The notes under the pieces are model-generated. The model made no database searches. It was not told the DNA's origin and saw only the letters and a program-made list of their open reading frames with translations. A stretch of 64,000 bases of DNA from Chrysomallon squamiferum (lineage: Eukaryota; Animalia; Mollusca). Below are positions 48,421 through 64,000 of this stretch, one piece after another (the stretch's first letter is position 1; each line of letters starts with the position of its first letter). The stretch lies in contig CM022665.1 of the NCBI GenBank assembly GCA_012295275.1, positions 44,950,001 to 45,014,000 of the forward strand, written 5' to 3'. The position numbers were made by a program, and so were the translations under genes.

Positions 48421-50873
48421 GGGAATGAATCCCTACCTAAGTGTGTGGGTGGGTGTGGGAGAGGGGGGGGAGAGAGGGGGAGAGAGAGAGCTAATTTTGA
48501 AGAGCGGTTAAATAGACGCCGTTTTCAAACTACATTTCTGTGAAATATAATGCTAGCCGTTTTTATTTAAACAGGATAATACCGGGTTTCTCTGTTTTTA
48601 CAATCTACGTAATACAGACGTATCTGAAATTTTCAGTTTGACACTGTTGACTGATTTAGATAACAGATTATCTAGAAATGCTACAGTCATCGGAGTTTGA
48701 TTAATTTTTTTTTTTTTTTTTTTTTGTTATTATTATTATTATTTTTATATATAAATAACAGAACTAATAATGGTCATTATAATGAAAGTAGATATTTATA
48801 GAGTTTGTTTTCGTGATAAGTAATAAAGATATGTCTGATTAATTGATATTTTATGAATGAACTAGTCCAGCTGTTATTACTGATGATGATGATGATGATT
48901 GTTATTATTGTTGTTGTTGTTGTTGTTGTTAATATTGTCGTTTTTATTAACTGTTACTGTTTTGATTCCTTTTGTCATTGTTGTTATAGTTGTTGATGCT
49001 GTTGTTTTTGTTGTTCTTGATAGTAGTAGTAGTAGTAGTAATAGTTGTAGTATAGTTGTTATTTTTCTTATTATTGCTGTTGTTGTTATTAACTGCTACT
49101 AATTGTTATTAATTGTTATGGTTATTATTGTTGTTATAGTTCTTGTTATTAGTATAATTATTATTATTATTATTACAAATATTATTTTATTATTACTATA
49201 ACTGTTATTATTATTATTACTACTGTTATTATTGTTGTTATTATTACTATTATTATTATATTATTATTATTATCACAGCTATTGTTATCAGTACAATACC
49301 AATTCAGACGTTTTCGCTTCTTAATCAAACCCTGCTGACTTCGTTCGCAGTACGTTAGTAAAGTATTCATGTTAACACACCGGAAATCTGTATGACAACT
49401 ACAATGGCGGTGACCTACATCGGCTGAGAACAGGAAACGTTGCAGTGAATCGTGAAGTTTTTGCACGTGAGCGTGTTAACATCAGATTGCACGAGCACGT
49501 GAGGTCCGCCAAGTCAAAGTAGCAGCAAAGTTTAAATTATTTGATAACAACAACAGCAATTATATGATCATCAGAGTCTGGAAGAATGTCCACGTGGTGG
49601 TAATGATTATGATGATGATAACAAAGATGATGAACATGATGATAATGATGATGTTGATGATGATGATACTAATAGTAATAGAAATAATAACAATATAACA
49701 GTAATATTAATAATAACAACAACAATAACAACAGTAATAATAATAAAAAAGCAACTCTAATAACAATAATAATAACAATAACAAACAATAATAACAACAA
49801 CAATAACAATAGTAATAATAAAAAAGCAACTCTAATAACAATAATAATAACAATAACAAACAATAATAATAACAGCAACAACATTAATATCAACAACGAA
49901 AAGGATGAAGAAGAAAACTAAAAGAAGATGATGATCATCATCATTATCATCATCACCATCATCACGAAGAGGAATAATAGAAATAGAAACAGAAGAAATG
50001 GAAAGACAGACAAAAGCTCAGTTAACCAGAACAAAAAGAAGAAGAAAAAGAGTGTAAATTAGAACAGATTTCTCTGACAATCTAACCAGCAACCTGAATT
50101 ACAAACCAGGACAGTTATTCAGAAAAACCTTTTCGTAAACCAGGACACACATATCTCTCAATTAACATGAACGACAGTACGTCAGTACAACCCGATTACA
50201 AATCGGTACAAACCACATAAAAATGACTGAAGTTGTAAAGAAAATTGTATTCTATTTTAGAAAATAAAATTGTGAACCTAGATTATTATTTCAATACGTT
50301 AAGAAAACCAGTTTAGAAATGCGTACAGGCCTGGTTTAAATACATTAAGAAAAAAAATAATTTAAAAAATAGATGGTAAATTAGGATATATATTTAAATG
50401 TGAGTGTGAGTCTTTTGTACAATAAATAAACGATTTCGGAAGAAAAAGGTCAGGACAGCACATACCACTGACTTACAATGTCTCCTTGTTGTACTGAATG
50501 CCACACAGACGTGTACAGTAAGTGAGTCAGTTAAAACAGAGCACTTTGCAAAACGTTATCAGTTATAAATGATTCTACAGATGTCCTCGAGTTTCTAGAT
50601 AACTAACACGAGTCACAGATCCAGAACTGTAAAAACAAAATTCACGTATCTTTGTTATTATTATAACAAACGTAATCACGTTCGCATACGTACACAAATG
50701 TACAGTTTAAGTGTTACAGTTACTATTATTATTACTACTATTATTATTATTATTATTATTATTTATGTTGTTGTTGTTGTCATCGTTTTCATTATTACTA
50801 TTTACTAAAACAACAGTAATTTTAGTACTTCTATTTTCACCAAGGCAACCTCTACTGCTGTTATACTTTCTAT

Positions 50874-50917
<44 letters not shown>

Positions 50918-51285
50918 TACTACTACAACTACTACTACTAATGATATAATAATAATAATAATAATATAGCACTATTACTATTACTGCTACTATAACTACT
51001 ATTGCTACTACTACAACTACAACTGCTGTTACTACTACTACTACTATTACTACTACTGCTACTACTAGTACTGCCAGTACTTCTGTAATAATTATTATTG
51101 TATTACTAGTATTTGTTTCTACTAAAGCAGTCATGATCCTTCTGATACAAATACTACAACAGCTACTGCTAAAACTACAACTACTACTACTACTGCTAAT
51201 CTATTACTACAACTTCCACGATAATATCGGCCATATAAAGAGAAATGTGATTTATTTTTGGTAATAGAAAGATGATATCAAAACC

Positions 51286-51407
<122 letters not shown>

Positions 51408-53347
51408 TAACATTACAATTATATTATTTCTAATCTGTAATTGCTATTTCTTGTTCTTCTTTTTTCTTTTAAAATGTATCGTTCTTAGCTATTTGATGTG
51501 ATCAAATTTCAAAGTTTCTCTGATATTTATCGATTTTCTCTTACAATTTGCATATTTTTTATTTTTTATTTTTTATTTATTTTTTAAATTATTTATTTTA
51601 TTTTTTTACAAGGCTCCCAAGAGATATCAGTTCCAAATTATCTTTGCCAGAAATAATTGTTTGTAGGCGTTAAAGTCACAATTTATATATATCATGTTAG
51701 ATATTATTTACTGCTACTTTTACTGCAGAAGCTACCACTGTTAGTACAACTACTGCAGCTACAACTGCTATTATTACTTGTATTACTGCTGCTAGTATTA
51801 CTACTACTACTACGTTTGCTAATACTATTATTAATACTAATATTAATACTACTACGATTGCGACTACTACTACTGCAACTACTGCAACTATCACTATTAC
51901 TATTACTATCATTACTGCTACTACTATTACTACAACTACTACGACTACCACTACTACAAGAACTACTAATAATATACCTACTACAACTGCAACTACTACT
52001 ACTTGTACTAGTATTACTAATGCTACTACAAATATTACTTTTACTAATACAGATACTATTACTAGTAATAATAATTATACTATTACTACTACTACTATTA
52101 TTACTACCTTTACTATTAATACAAATACAGATATTACAAATATCACTTTTACTAATACAGATACTATTACTACTAATAATAATTATTATAATATTACTAC
52201 TACTACTATTATTACTACCTTTACTATTAACACAAATACAGATACTACTACTACTACTAGTACTACTATTACAAGAACGACAGTACCACTAACAAACCAT
52301 TGCCCTAAAAACATTATTGCAAACAGACAGAACTACTGCTGCGACGAAGCTACAACTACGACAACGCTCACTGCAGCTGCAGCCACTGTTCTCATTAGCA
52401 CTATTATTCCTCAGCATTAATTGAGCTCTGCGCGTTGCAGTATCAGTCAGATTTTTTTTTGTCAGCCGCGTGTTACAAGAGCTTTTCACAGACGTACAGA
52501 CACGCGCCTCTCTCTCCCTCTGAAAGAGGACAGAGTTACGTGACAGTGAGGCCAGCAGATAGGGAAATTTGTTAATCCAGTGTGATTCGGTAACGACAGG
52601 GTCGTGGTGTTATGACGGAAAGCGAGACGAATAAAAGTAACACTGGAAAGAAGGGAGTAGGGAGGGAGGGGAGGGGAGAGAGAGAGAGAGGGGGGGGGGG
52701 AGGGGGGGAGGGAGGGAGATAGAGAGAAGGAGAGAGAGAGGGGGGAAAGATAGAGAGAGAGAGAAATATATACAGTGAGAGATAGAGAAAGAGAGAGAGA
52801 GGGAGAAAGAGAATGAGAGTAAGAGAGGAACAGAGACAGAGAGACAAAGAGAGAGAGAAAGAGAGTCAAGAAGATATGAGCAGTTAGTAAGGAGATGTGA
52901 AGAAGAAAAATAACGTCAGAGAAAGAAGGTCACAGAGACAGAGAGAAAAAAAAAAAGAAAAAAAATTATGGAGTAATAAATAAAGTAAAGAGATATGGAG
53001 TGAATGAGGTGATTTGTTCCTCGTAATACATATTCATATATACTCGATTCGTAATACACGCATACATTAGTTCGGCCAGTGCTGTATAACAGTGTGACTC
53101 GTACAGAGACTATAGATTTCCTGTGCAGAACTGAACGTAGTCCCGCTAGAGACACGTCTAGACGTGCTGGTGATGTTTGGGTTTCTGTGTGTTTCCACAG
53201 TAAGAGAAAACTTCACTGAGTGTGAGTGGCCGATGTTTGGTTTTCATATTGTTCTGATGTTAACAGGGAATTGTTCTCGGAACTCGTCATAATAATAACA
53301 ACACAGTGGTTAGCGATGATAAACGATGATTATGATTTGAATGGTAT

Positions 53348-54146
<799 letters not shown>

Positions 54147-55950
54147 AGTGGTAGATAATGAGAGAGACAATTAGGCCGAGAGATATGCAGACAGAGAGAC
54201 AAGTATCGAGAAGCGACCAAACATTTACCCATCTACTCGTCGTCCTTCAAACTCGCTATTTAACTGTTACAGGAATCAGAGAAGGTACCATGTATTTTAA
54301 AATTATTTCGTATATACTTATTTACTTTATTTATTTGTTTTATTCTACACTGACATTTACAAACAAAGAGTTTTTGAAAAAAGTAAAAAGATGTATGTTT
54401 TACTTTATCATCAACGATCCCATTGGGCTACGCTAATTTTTTTATTATTATTTTTTTTTTTTTTTTTTTGGTTTTTTAGCAAAGTTCTCGAGAGGACAAA
54501 TTATTAAAGCATTATTGTCACGACCGTTTGATGTATTCGACGACGGAAACGTAAAACGACATCACAAAAGCTCGACCCTTTGGAAATCGTCCACAGTGGA
54601 CGATGAAATCTACTGAGCAATTAAATACACATTTCCACACAAACACAGACAGAGAGAGATCACCCTCAGACTCTACACATCATTTTTTTTTTTTTTTTTT
54701 TTTTTGGTTTGTTTATTCGTTTTTTTTTTTTAAAACCCTGGGTCCAGTTATCTTCGTTTTTTTTTTTCGCTTTTTTCTTTTTTTTTTTTTTTTTCTTTCC
54801 TTTTTTTATTTATTTATTGATTCTTTGAACGAATCTCACGGCTCAATTACACGTCAAACCTAATTAGCAGGCGATGAGATGAAATAAACGTGAAGCAGTT
54901 AACAAAAGATGAGAGAAGTTTTTTTTTTCTTAATTAGAAACTTTAACCGCGGCGTTAGCAGAACCGTGGTCAACTGTGGAGAGAGAGAGAGAGAAACAGA
55001 GAAACAGAAAGACAAAAAAACAGATGTGCGCAGAAATAGAAGGATTATTTTAAGGTGAGGGTGTTCTCTCTCTCTCTCTCTCTCTCTCTGTATGGAAGTG
55101 GATTCCTGTAAAGATGTGTAATACGCCGTAGATGTTCTCGGTAAATATGTCTGAACATTAATTTGTTTGACGGTTTGCCTTTTAAATCTCGTTATACCGC
55201 GAGGGTGTGCGTGTATCTGTATTTTTTTGTATGTATGTGTATATGTGTGAATGGGTATAGTTGTGTATGTACGTATGTATCTGTATGTATGTATGTATGT
55301 GTTGTATGTGTATAGTTTTGTATGTATGTATGTATGTTTGTATATGTATGTATGTATGTATATATATATGTATGTATGTATGTATGTGTGTGTGTTTATG
55401 TATGTGCATATGTAGATAGGATGGCTTCTAGGTATATAGGAAGGTAGTTAGGTAGACAGGTAGATAGGCATGTATAAAAGAATGGATGGAGTGTATATGG
55501 ATGTGCACGTATGAACGCATGTATGTGTATCTGTGAATATGTCTGTATGTATATATGTATGTGTATGTATGGTTGTACTTACATATGTATGTTTGTATGT
55601 ATGTATAAATGTATTAATATATATATATATGTATATATGTGTATATATATATATATATGTGTGTGTATGTACGTGTGTACAATATAATAATAAAAAACAA
55701 AAAAAACAAAAATCATTTCCTGATAACACAAAATTCTGTTTTACGTTTCCTTCTCTCCACTGACATAAATGTCACAAGTCACGGAATTTACGTTTAAAAA
55801 TTACTTAGTTATTCTGGAAACTGTCGGACTTAATAACTTAATGAATATGAAAACACTTTCTGTTGACATTTTGATCGTTGTGACGTGAACTGTTCGCGAC
55901 CTTGATATTTGTGACGTGACCTTTTAGTGACCTTAACCTTGATGATATAT

Positions 55951-55991
<41 letters not shown>

Positions 55992-56375
55992 CAGATACAC
56001 ACACTTACGTATATACACATATAGAAAGTGGGATATCAGAAATACTTTTTTTTAGAAACAACGAAAGAGCGAATGAATAATTCAGATTAACATATGAACC
56101 GAATCACTTATGTTCTTTCTTTGATAATACGTTCAAACAACAAAAGGTATTCTCTGAAATAATCATTTTCTTCAGTGTTTGCGATAATCAGTCTACGTAT
56201 TGTTTTACATGCAGGCATGCGTAACTGTATCCATCGCTCAGTCTATATATATATATATATTCTTCTTTTCCTCTCAACCTTTTTAAATGCGAGTGTATTG
56301 AAATTTCTTCGCCATAAAAAAAATAATTATTGACTACGTTGTCTAAAATAGGTCTCTGTTTTTCTCCTGCCAGTG

Positions 56376-56418
<43 letters not shown>

Positions 56419-56582
56419 AGTCCACAGCCAAACGTTCTTTGATTGTCAGTCATTAAAGCACTTTACCGCGCATGTCAAACACGATAAGAACTTCCGCTGT
56501 TCCTTCTTGTTTGTATTGATTACGACAAGGACAAAGTCTGGCGGGTTATTTAAAAAAAAACAAAAAAAAAAAAACATCGACG

Positions 56583-56616
<34 letters not shown>

Positions 56617-56945
56617 AAAAAGTTGTTGTATAAATACAGTTACGGCAACAATGACGAACATCAATTATTCATGATTTTTACCAAGTGTGACAAAATTGTT
56701 TAAGAGTTATTTTTGAAACGAGCGCGGAATCGAAAATTGATTTATCGTCTGTTCGCTGATGTGTGTATCGTGTTCGTATTGTTTTGCGTTGGGGCATCGT
56801 TGTTGTTGTTGTTGCTGTTGTTGTTGCTGTTGCCGTTGCTGGTGCTGTTGTTGTCGTTGTCGTGTGTGTTTTTTTTGGGGTTTTTTGTTGGCGGTTTTGG
56901 AGGTTTGTTTGTTGCTCGGATACAGAGGTTGATGGATTTTTAGGA

Positions 56946-56987
<42 letters not shown>

Positions 56988-57159
56988 GTAATTAATTTAT
57001 TAATTTATTGATATGTTTGTTTGTTTGTTATTGTTACTGTTACTGTTATTGTTATTATTATTATTATCATTATTATTATAGCCAAAATGTATCTATTTAT
57101 TTTTATTTTATATATACATTATGTGGATATATGTATGTTTGTGTGTATATATATGAATA

Positions 57160-57195
<36 letters not shown>

Positions 57196-60100
57196 ATATA
57201 TATATATATATATAAATTTGTTTTCTCGTTTAGTTTTGTTATTTTCTTATAGTAGTTGTTGTTGTTGTTATTGGATTTTTTTATATCGATGATATTATTT
57301 ATTACTGTATATTACAGTTCACTTTCGATTTGATCGGCTGCTTCTTTAACCAAAAACGTTTTATATTCTGTAGTATTGTACTGTCTTATATTGCATCGTA
57401 TTATATGTTAGTTCATTACAATATGCTTATTATAATGTATTTTATTATAATGTATTTTATTATACTGTACTATACTGTGTATACTATTGTATTATATTGT
57501 ACTACACTGTGTGTACTATTACATTATATTGTACTATACTGTATGTACTATACTGTACTACATTACGTGTACATCTGTATTATACTGTACTGTGTGTACT
57601 ACTCTATACTGTACTTATTATACTGCATTTCTCTGAACCACTTTATATTATATTCCATTACCTCTGCGCGGCTTTCAATATCATATCATTCTCTATTCGA
57701 TTAAAATGTATTTTCTTATTTCACACTGTTCCCTCTGTCTAACCAGCTACCTCTTCGATCGCTCCTACGACGGCGTCATTGAATTACTGAAAACCATTAG
57801 AAGGTATCTGGGTTTCAGTTCTCGGAGGTGCTGTCGTTGACCACGATGAATCACTTTGTGCGACGTCATCGTCAAGAGGACCTCGGCGCTGTTTGCTTCC
57901 ATTGTCAAGCAAAGTGTAATTTTGTAAGAAAATGTAATCACTGGAAAAAGGCTATTATCTGGATTATTTTATTTATTTTTATTTTTTTTTTTTTTTGAAA
58001 ACTAAATTTTAAATCTTGTTTTTCAAGAAATAGAATGGCTTAGTGAAGACAAGATGAAGTTAAACATTTTTTTATTTTCATTTTTTTTTTCAAAATTAGT
58101 AGATTGCAAATAAAAGATAGTTTGCTGCTAATGATTAAAAAAAGTGCCCTTGTTGTTCTTGCAGAAGATTTTGTTTTTTTTGACTGTTAATATCAGTATG
58201 AAGGATGAACTAATGATATGAACAGAAATGTATTTCTACATAACTATTGGTGAGGGGCATGCAAGTTTATAATATAGATAAGATTACAGTTATAAGAAGA
58301 TCTGGATATAAAACATACATACATACATACATACACACAGACATACATACAGACATACATAAACACACACATATATATATACACACACACATATATATAT
58401 ACATACACATGTACATACACACATGTATATATATATAACACATATATAAACACATATAAACACACATAAAAAGTTAAAAATAAAACACACACACATACAT
58501 ACATACACACACATAAACGTACAGACATATATATATATACATATATATATACACACACACACACACACCAAATTATCATCTTATCACATTACAGAACAGA
58601 TTTGTAAAAAATATTCCACCAGCTAAAATCTAGCAAAACAGTCCTGGACGACAAGATACCACGTGGTTTGGTTATCTGCACAAGACGCGGATTCTTCTTA
58701 AGTCAAAATTTGTAAAGACAAAACGTTGGCGGTTTCATTCCAAACACAGTTATAAGACAAGTTAACTAGCGGCAATTTTAAACTGAGAAAAAAAACACAA
58801 AAAAACACCAGAGAGAAGACTGCGCGTGGGTTCTTTACTGAGAGAGATGAGAAAGACTGAAGAAGCGAGGATGTCAGACAAAATGTCTGCCATTTACTGA
58901 GGTTAATTAGGAGCAGATAACTCCAGTACAAATAGTTCAACGTAATTACGTAAAATTAACTTTTTTTTCTTCCTCTTCTTCGTTAGAGCAGATATTTTTA
59001 AAAGCAGCAGACAAAGACGTAACTGAATAATTAGCAAGAAAGATGAAACATTACAATAATGTGATTTGGACAAAGAAAATAATTAAACTCATTATAGATT
59101 TGGGAGCGTATGGAATGGTATTGTTTTAAATTTCAAATGGTAAAAAAATAAAAATGAAATTGGTTAACTAAATAAAGAAAAATTTGAAATATGTAAATAA
59201 GAAGAGAAAAAAAAATGGGGGAAAAAAAACAATAAAAGGTAAAAAGAAAAATGAAATTATATAACTAAACAAATATAGTTATTATGAAGCATGTAAATTA
59301 AGTAATGAATAAAAAAATTAAAAATATATAAAAAGGAAAAATATTATTACGTAACTAAATAAATGTAGTGTTTAGCATGTAGATAAATTAATAAAGAAAG
59401 AAAAGACAATTTTGTATATAAAAAAACGAAAATGAAAAATAAAAATAAAATTATATAACTAAATAAACATATTATGAGACATAATAAATTAATTAATGTA
59501 AAAAAATAAAAATAATAATTTTGTTTTAAAAAGTAATAATAAAAAGGAAAAATAAAAACGAAATTATATAACTAAATAAATATATTATGAAGCATTTAAA
59601 TTAATTAACGTAAAAAAAACCCCAGAAAAAAACAAAAATAATAAATAAATAAATATACTGTTTAGTATGTAAATTAATCGATAAAAAAAAAAAACTAAAA
59701 TTAAAAAAAAAAAAAAAAAACCCATACTATTTAGCATGTAAATTAATCAACAAAGAAAGCAAAGAAAAAGTTGTGTATATATAAAAAAACCTATTAAAAA
59801 CAAGATTTAGCTTTTTGTCCGTACGTTCGAACAGGTCACTGTGTGTGTTTCTGACAATTACTCCTACAACGGTAAATCACTGCTATCAAAGGCTCCACAG
59901 TTTTGCAGCTCGCTGACATAGTCAACTGTTAATCAGCGAACTCATTACAGCACGGATTTTATTACACAGTTAAATGTATCATGTGTTTTTTTTTTTTGTA
60001 AATTTACGTCAGTCAAAAAATTTCCTTACGGATATTTTTGTACGAACGTATTTAATTTCGTTCGTTTATTAAGAACACACACACATATACATATACAGAC

Positions 60101-61229
60101 ACACACATACACAAACACACACAAATACATATAAGTATATATATATATATGTGTGTTTATTTGTTTATTTATTTATTTATTTATTTATATAGACAATGAA
60201 ACACACACTCATGTATATATATACACGCATACACATATACATACACAATTAATATACATACATAAACACGTACATTATATATATATATATATATATATAT
60301 ACATACATACATACATACATACACACACACATATGTACGCACAGACAGATATACATACATACCTATATATATATTATTACTATCTGTACATAAATGTGTG
60401 TGTCCGTGTTTATGTGTTTTGGCGTGCGACTGTGTTTTATGTTCCTTGACGAGGTGCATGTTTTATTAACATGACCCTTTTTCACCTGCACAGGTGACGC
60501 AACATTTTTAAAATACTCTGACAATATTAAATTACAGCTGCATTCAAAGACGAACACAAATTTCACTTACCTTAATACAAGACTCTGTAATAGTCCACAC
60601 AGAAACGAAACTTAAGTCCGGTCGTAAAATAAACACCACGAAGTTACGTGTTTTTACAGTTGATAATCCAACGCGAGTTCAAAATATAACCAAAAAAAAA
60701 ATCTTAAACAAACAATCCTGTAAGAGTTTCCGTGATAACCCACACACAGCCACACACACACAAAAAAAATAAATAAAAAATAAACTGTACAAAGTTACAT
60801 CAACACGCTTGTTTCTGACCTGTTCCGTTTCACTGAGTTTTGTAGACTTCAGTGTCCCCAATGAATGAATAAAAAAATAAAAAAAATAAAAAACCACATT
60901 TAAATTTTAAAAGGTGCATCCTGTTTAGGGGGTCGCTTTGTGTTGTGTGGGGTTGAGTATCAAATTTGGTTAGAAGTTTTTTCAAAAACACTCCACACCT
61001 GCAAATAGAAAAGAATATATATATTAATTTTCTGACCTGTAATTTTTAGCACAGTAAAGAAACTACAAAACAAGCGATTTAATATTAAATTAAAAAAAAA
61101 AAAAAAAAAATTGTGTGAAGATAGTCATTTTAGCAATTCTGTTTCTTGTCGACTAAAATATAGGAGTTTTGTTAAAGAAAGCCTTTTCATCTTTTCGGTT
61201 ATATTTATTATAATGCAATATGACAGCTC

Positions 61230-61312
<83 letters not shown>

Positions 61313-62486
61313 CAAAGAAAGATACAGAAAGGCAAAGAGAGACAGAGATAGAGACAGGGAGATACATAGAAACAGTGATGGACACACAGAGAGAGAGAAA
61401 GAAGGAGAGACGGAAACAGAGACAGACATATTCTCACTTACGTAACTGTGGCTTTCGTGCACTTTTCGTTTCCTGCTGACGTCATAGTGCAACTAACGTC
61501 ATAGCTGCTTGTTTAATTTATCACTAATCTTTAACTATTGAAATACTGACCTCGGTGTCCCTTTTCGTTTCCTGTTACGTAGTGTCCTAGCCAACCCCCC
61601 ACCCCCCCCTCCACCCCCCTCCACTCCCTTACGTCCCTTGATACAAATGTCACCTTGATCGGTCACTTTAGCAATAATTCAAACTATTTTATGTTTCTTT
61701 TGTAAGAGACACTGAATATCATTAGTAATAGTAGAAAGAGGTGTGTAGGCTCGGAAGTAGTAATAGTAGTAGTAGTTATTGTTGTAGTAGTAGTAGTTGT
61801 TGTTGTTTTATTTGCTAACAATATTGTTGTGTCTCCACTCCTTAAGAAGATTAACAAACACGTGATCTGTAATGTAAACTTTCAGCTGACAGCAAACAGT
61901 ACATCACCCCGTTTACAATACGGTCGTTGCAGTCTTACTGCTTTTCTTCGTGTTATTATTACTGCTGTTGCTGCTGCTGTTGTTGTTGTTGCTGTTGCTG
62001 TTGTTGTTGCTGTTGTTGTCGTTGTTGTTTACTTGGTGAAATATTTTGGAGTTCTTTATTTTATGTGTCTACGTTTTTCCGTCATCCATCATGTATTTCT
62101 CTATACTTCTTCCTCAATAAAATTCTTCTTTTTTTTTTTTACTATGTATCTAGTTTCTAGGTATCCTTGTTGTTGTTGTTGTTGTTGTTGTTGTTATTAT
62201 TGTTGTTGTTGTTGTTGTTATTGCTGTTATTATTATTATTATTATTATCATTAGTGGTATCATTATTATTAGTATTATTATTATTAATTTTATTGTTACG
62301 TTCCTTGTTGTTGTTGTTTTTGATATTTTTAGTCTGTTTGTCTGTCTGTGCGTGTATTTTGAATTTAAATTTGTTTTTCCATTCTGGTAATTTTTGCGTA
62401 ACTGTTGCTGTTACTGTTGTTCTCTTTTTATATTCATACTATCTCTTTTTATAACCTTCCTTTATTACTAGTATTAGAAAAACGAT

Positions 62487-62519
<33 letters not shown>

Positions 62520-63371
62520 CATTCTTGTAGGCGTTAATATAATACTTTTTTTTTTTTTAAATCAATTTCTTTTAAATATCTTCTCTTCTTTAACACCCCC
62601 GAAATGACGCCCCCGTCTACGACAAGATATTTATAAAATTATTGTTGTCTGTTGTTGGAGTGGTTGTCTTTATTGTCTGTATTTTTGTTTCTGCAGAAGA
62701 TAACAAAAAAAAAAAAAAAAATGAAAAAAGGGTTTATTGTTGTGAATGTGAAAAAAAAAGTAACAGAATCGCCACGCAATGATGACTCAGGGAAATCTGC
62801 ATCGATGATAACTTTACTGAAATATGAGATGTTACTGATTCGTCTTTTTTTTATGAAACGTATCTTTATACATATAGTGTCACACCTACAGACACACAAA
62901 CACACACACCTAGACACACACACACACGTAACTGAAAAGATAGCTGGATAGATAGAAACCTAGACAGACAGGTAGATGAGAAGAAAGACAGACAGACAGG
63001 ACAGAAAATAACAGAGACAGATTAACAGAGATTTTGTTTCATTACTTTCCTTTCCTTTTTTTTTCTTTTTTCTCATTCTCACCATTTTTTTTTTTTTTTT
63101 TTTTTTTTTTTGGTCATACACGAGGGTCGAATTCATTTTCGAGTTTAATACTCAACTTAATCCAAACGAAATGTTCCATAAAATAAAACACCGCATCTAC
63201 TTTACGTAAAACCCTTACGAACTTAATAAATAACAAATCTAGCAAAATGCTGTCAGTTTCCAGACGAAAATAGTTTAAGTCTAAATCATAAACATCGACA
63301 TTGAAGATTAAATTGACTAAATGTGACTAAATTCATAATAAATAAACAAATAAATTAATTAATTTAAATTA

Positions 63372-63610
63372 TTAATCAGCAGGAAATGTATGGCGTAATA
63401 TTTAAAAATAAGAAAAGGTTATTCAGCAATGAATATATGACGTCATTTCTAATATTAAGAAATGAAAAAGTTATTCAGCCATGAATGTATGACGTCATAT
63501 ACAACATAAAAAAAATGAAAACGTTATTCAACAACGAATGTATCACGTAATTTCTAATAATAACAAGCTAAAAATTAATCAGCATTGAATGAATGACGTC
63601 ATTTCAATGG
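63372..63610 (+). repeat. ~52 bp minisatellite, 5 copies, carrying TGACGTCA or variants
   Basis: TTA(T/A)TCAGC.ATGAAT.TATGACGTCAT at about 63419, 63471 and 63576; variants TGGCGTAA and TCACGTAA in the other two units. Confidence 0.8.
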
Positions 63611-64000
63611 ATCAAAACAAATAAATGTTGTTGCTGTTTTCTATTGTTCTGATTTTATTTTTCTGTACAAACATATAAGAAAACATATTTATTTAATTAT
63701 TTACTTTTAGCTTATTTTTTATGTATTTATTTGCTTTTTGTATATGTATGTATTTATGTATATAGGTATATATGTTTGGACATGTGTATATGTGTATGTA
63801 TGTAGCCATGCAGTCATGTTTGTTTGTATAAATGCATGTATTTTTTGTTTGTTTGTATAAATTCATATATTTTTTGTTTGTTTGTGTGTTTCTTTATAAT
63901 GTTTGTTTTTATGTTAAAATAAGATAAAGTTAATTGAAACCATAAAATATCAAAAATAACTAAATAAATAAATAATTCACTCACAAATTAGAAATCTTAT

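Overview
AT-rich, microsatellite-dense, intron-containing animal genomic DNA (invertebrate, plausibly a mollusc; host identity is inference only). Three main things are present. (1) 1-4.3 kb and 10.3-11.4 kb: a cluster of endogenous parvovirus/densovirus-like elements with four ~170-270 bp terminal hairpins in flip and flop forms. The main element has an apparently inverted gene order on one strand: hairpin > 121-aa ORF > 706-aa PLA2-less capsid > HUH Rep/NS1. The Rep ORF (397 to window edge, GTHVHIIW) is not in the supplied ORF track. Next to it are a hairpin-bounded ~0.93 kb non-autonomous derivative and a third, 3'-terminal fragment. (2) 11.4-16.4 kb: an unprocessed DDX52/ROK1 DEAD-box helicase pseudogene, with the third viral fragment sitting in one of its introns. 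(3) 21.6-37.3 kb: an apparent 1.6 kb satellite that is really a tandem array of a three-exon module. It splices in frame to a 168-aa unit (6-Cys, probably helical domain + thrombospondin type-1 repeat) and is arranged as two convergent arms joined at a 7-bp microhomology foldback. The rest (37.3-64 kb) is mostly simple repeats with short unique islands and one candidate promoter. All calls come from manual reading and translation; no database searches were run.
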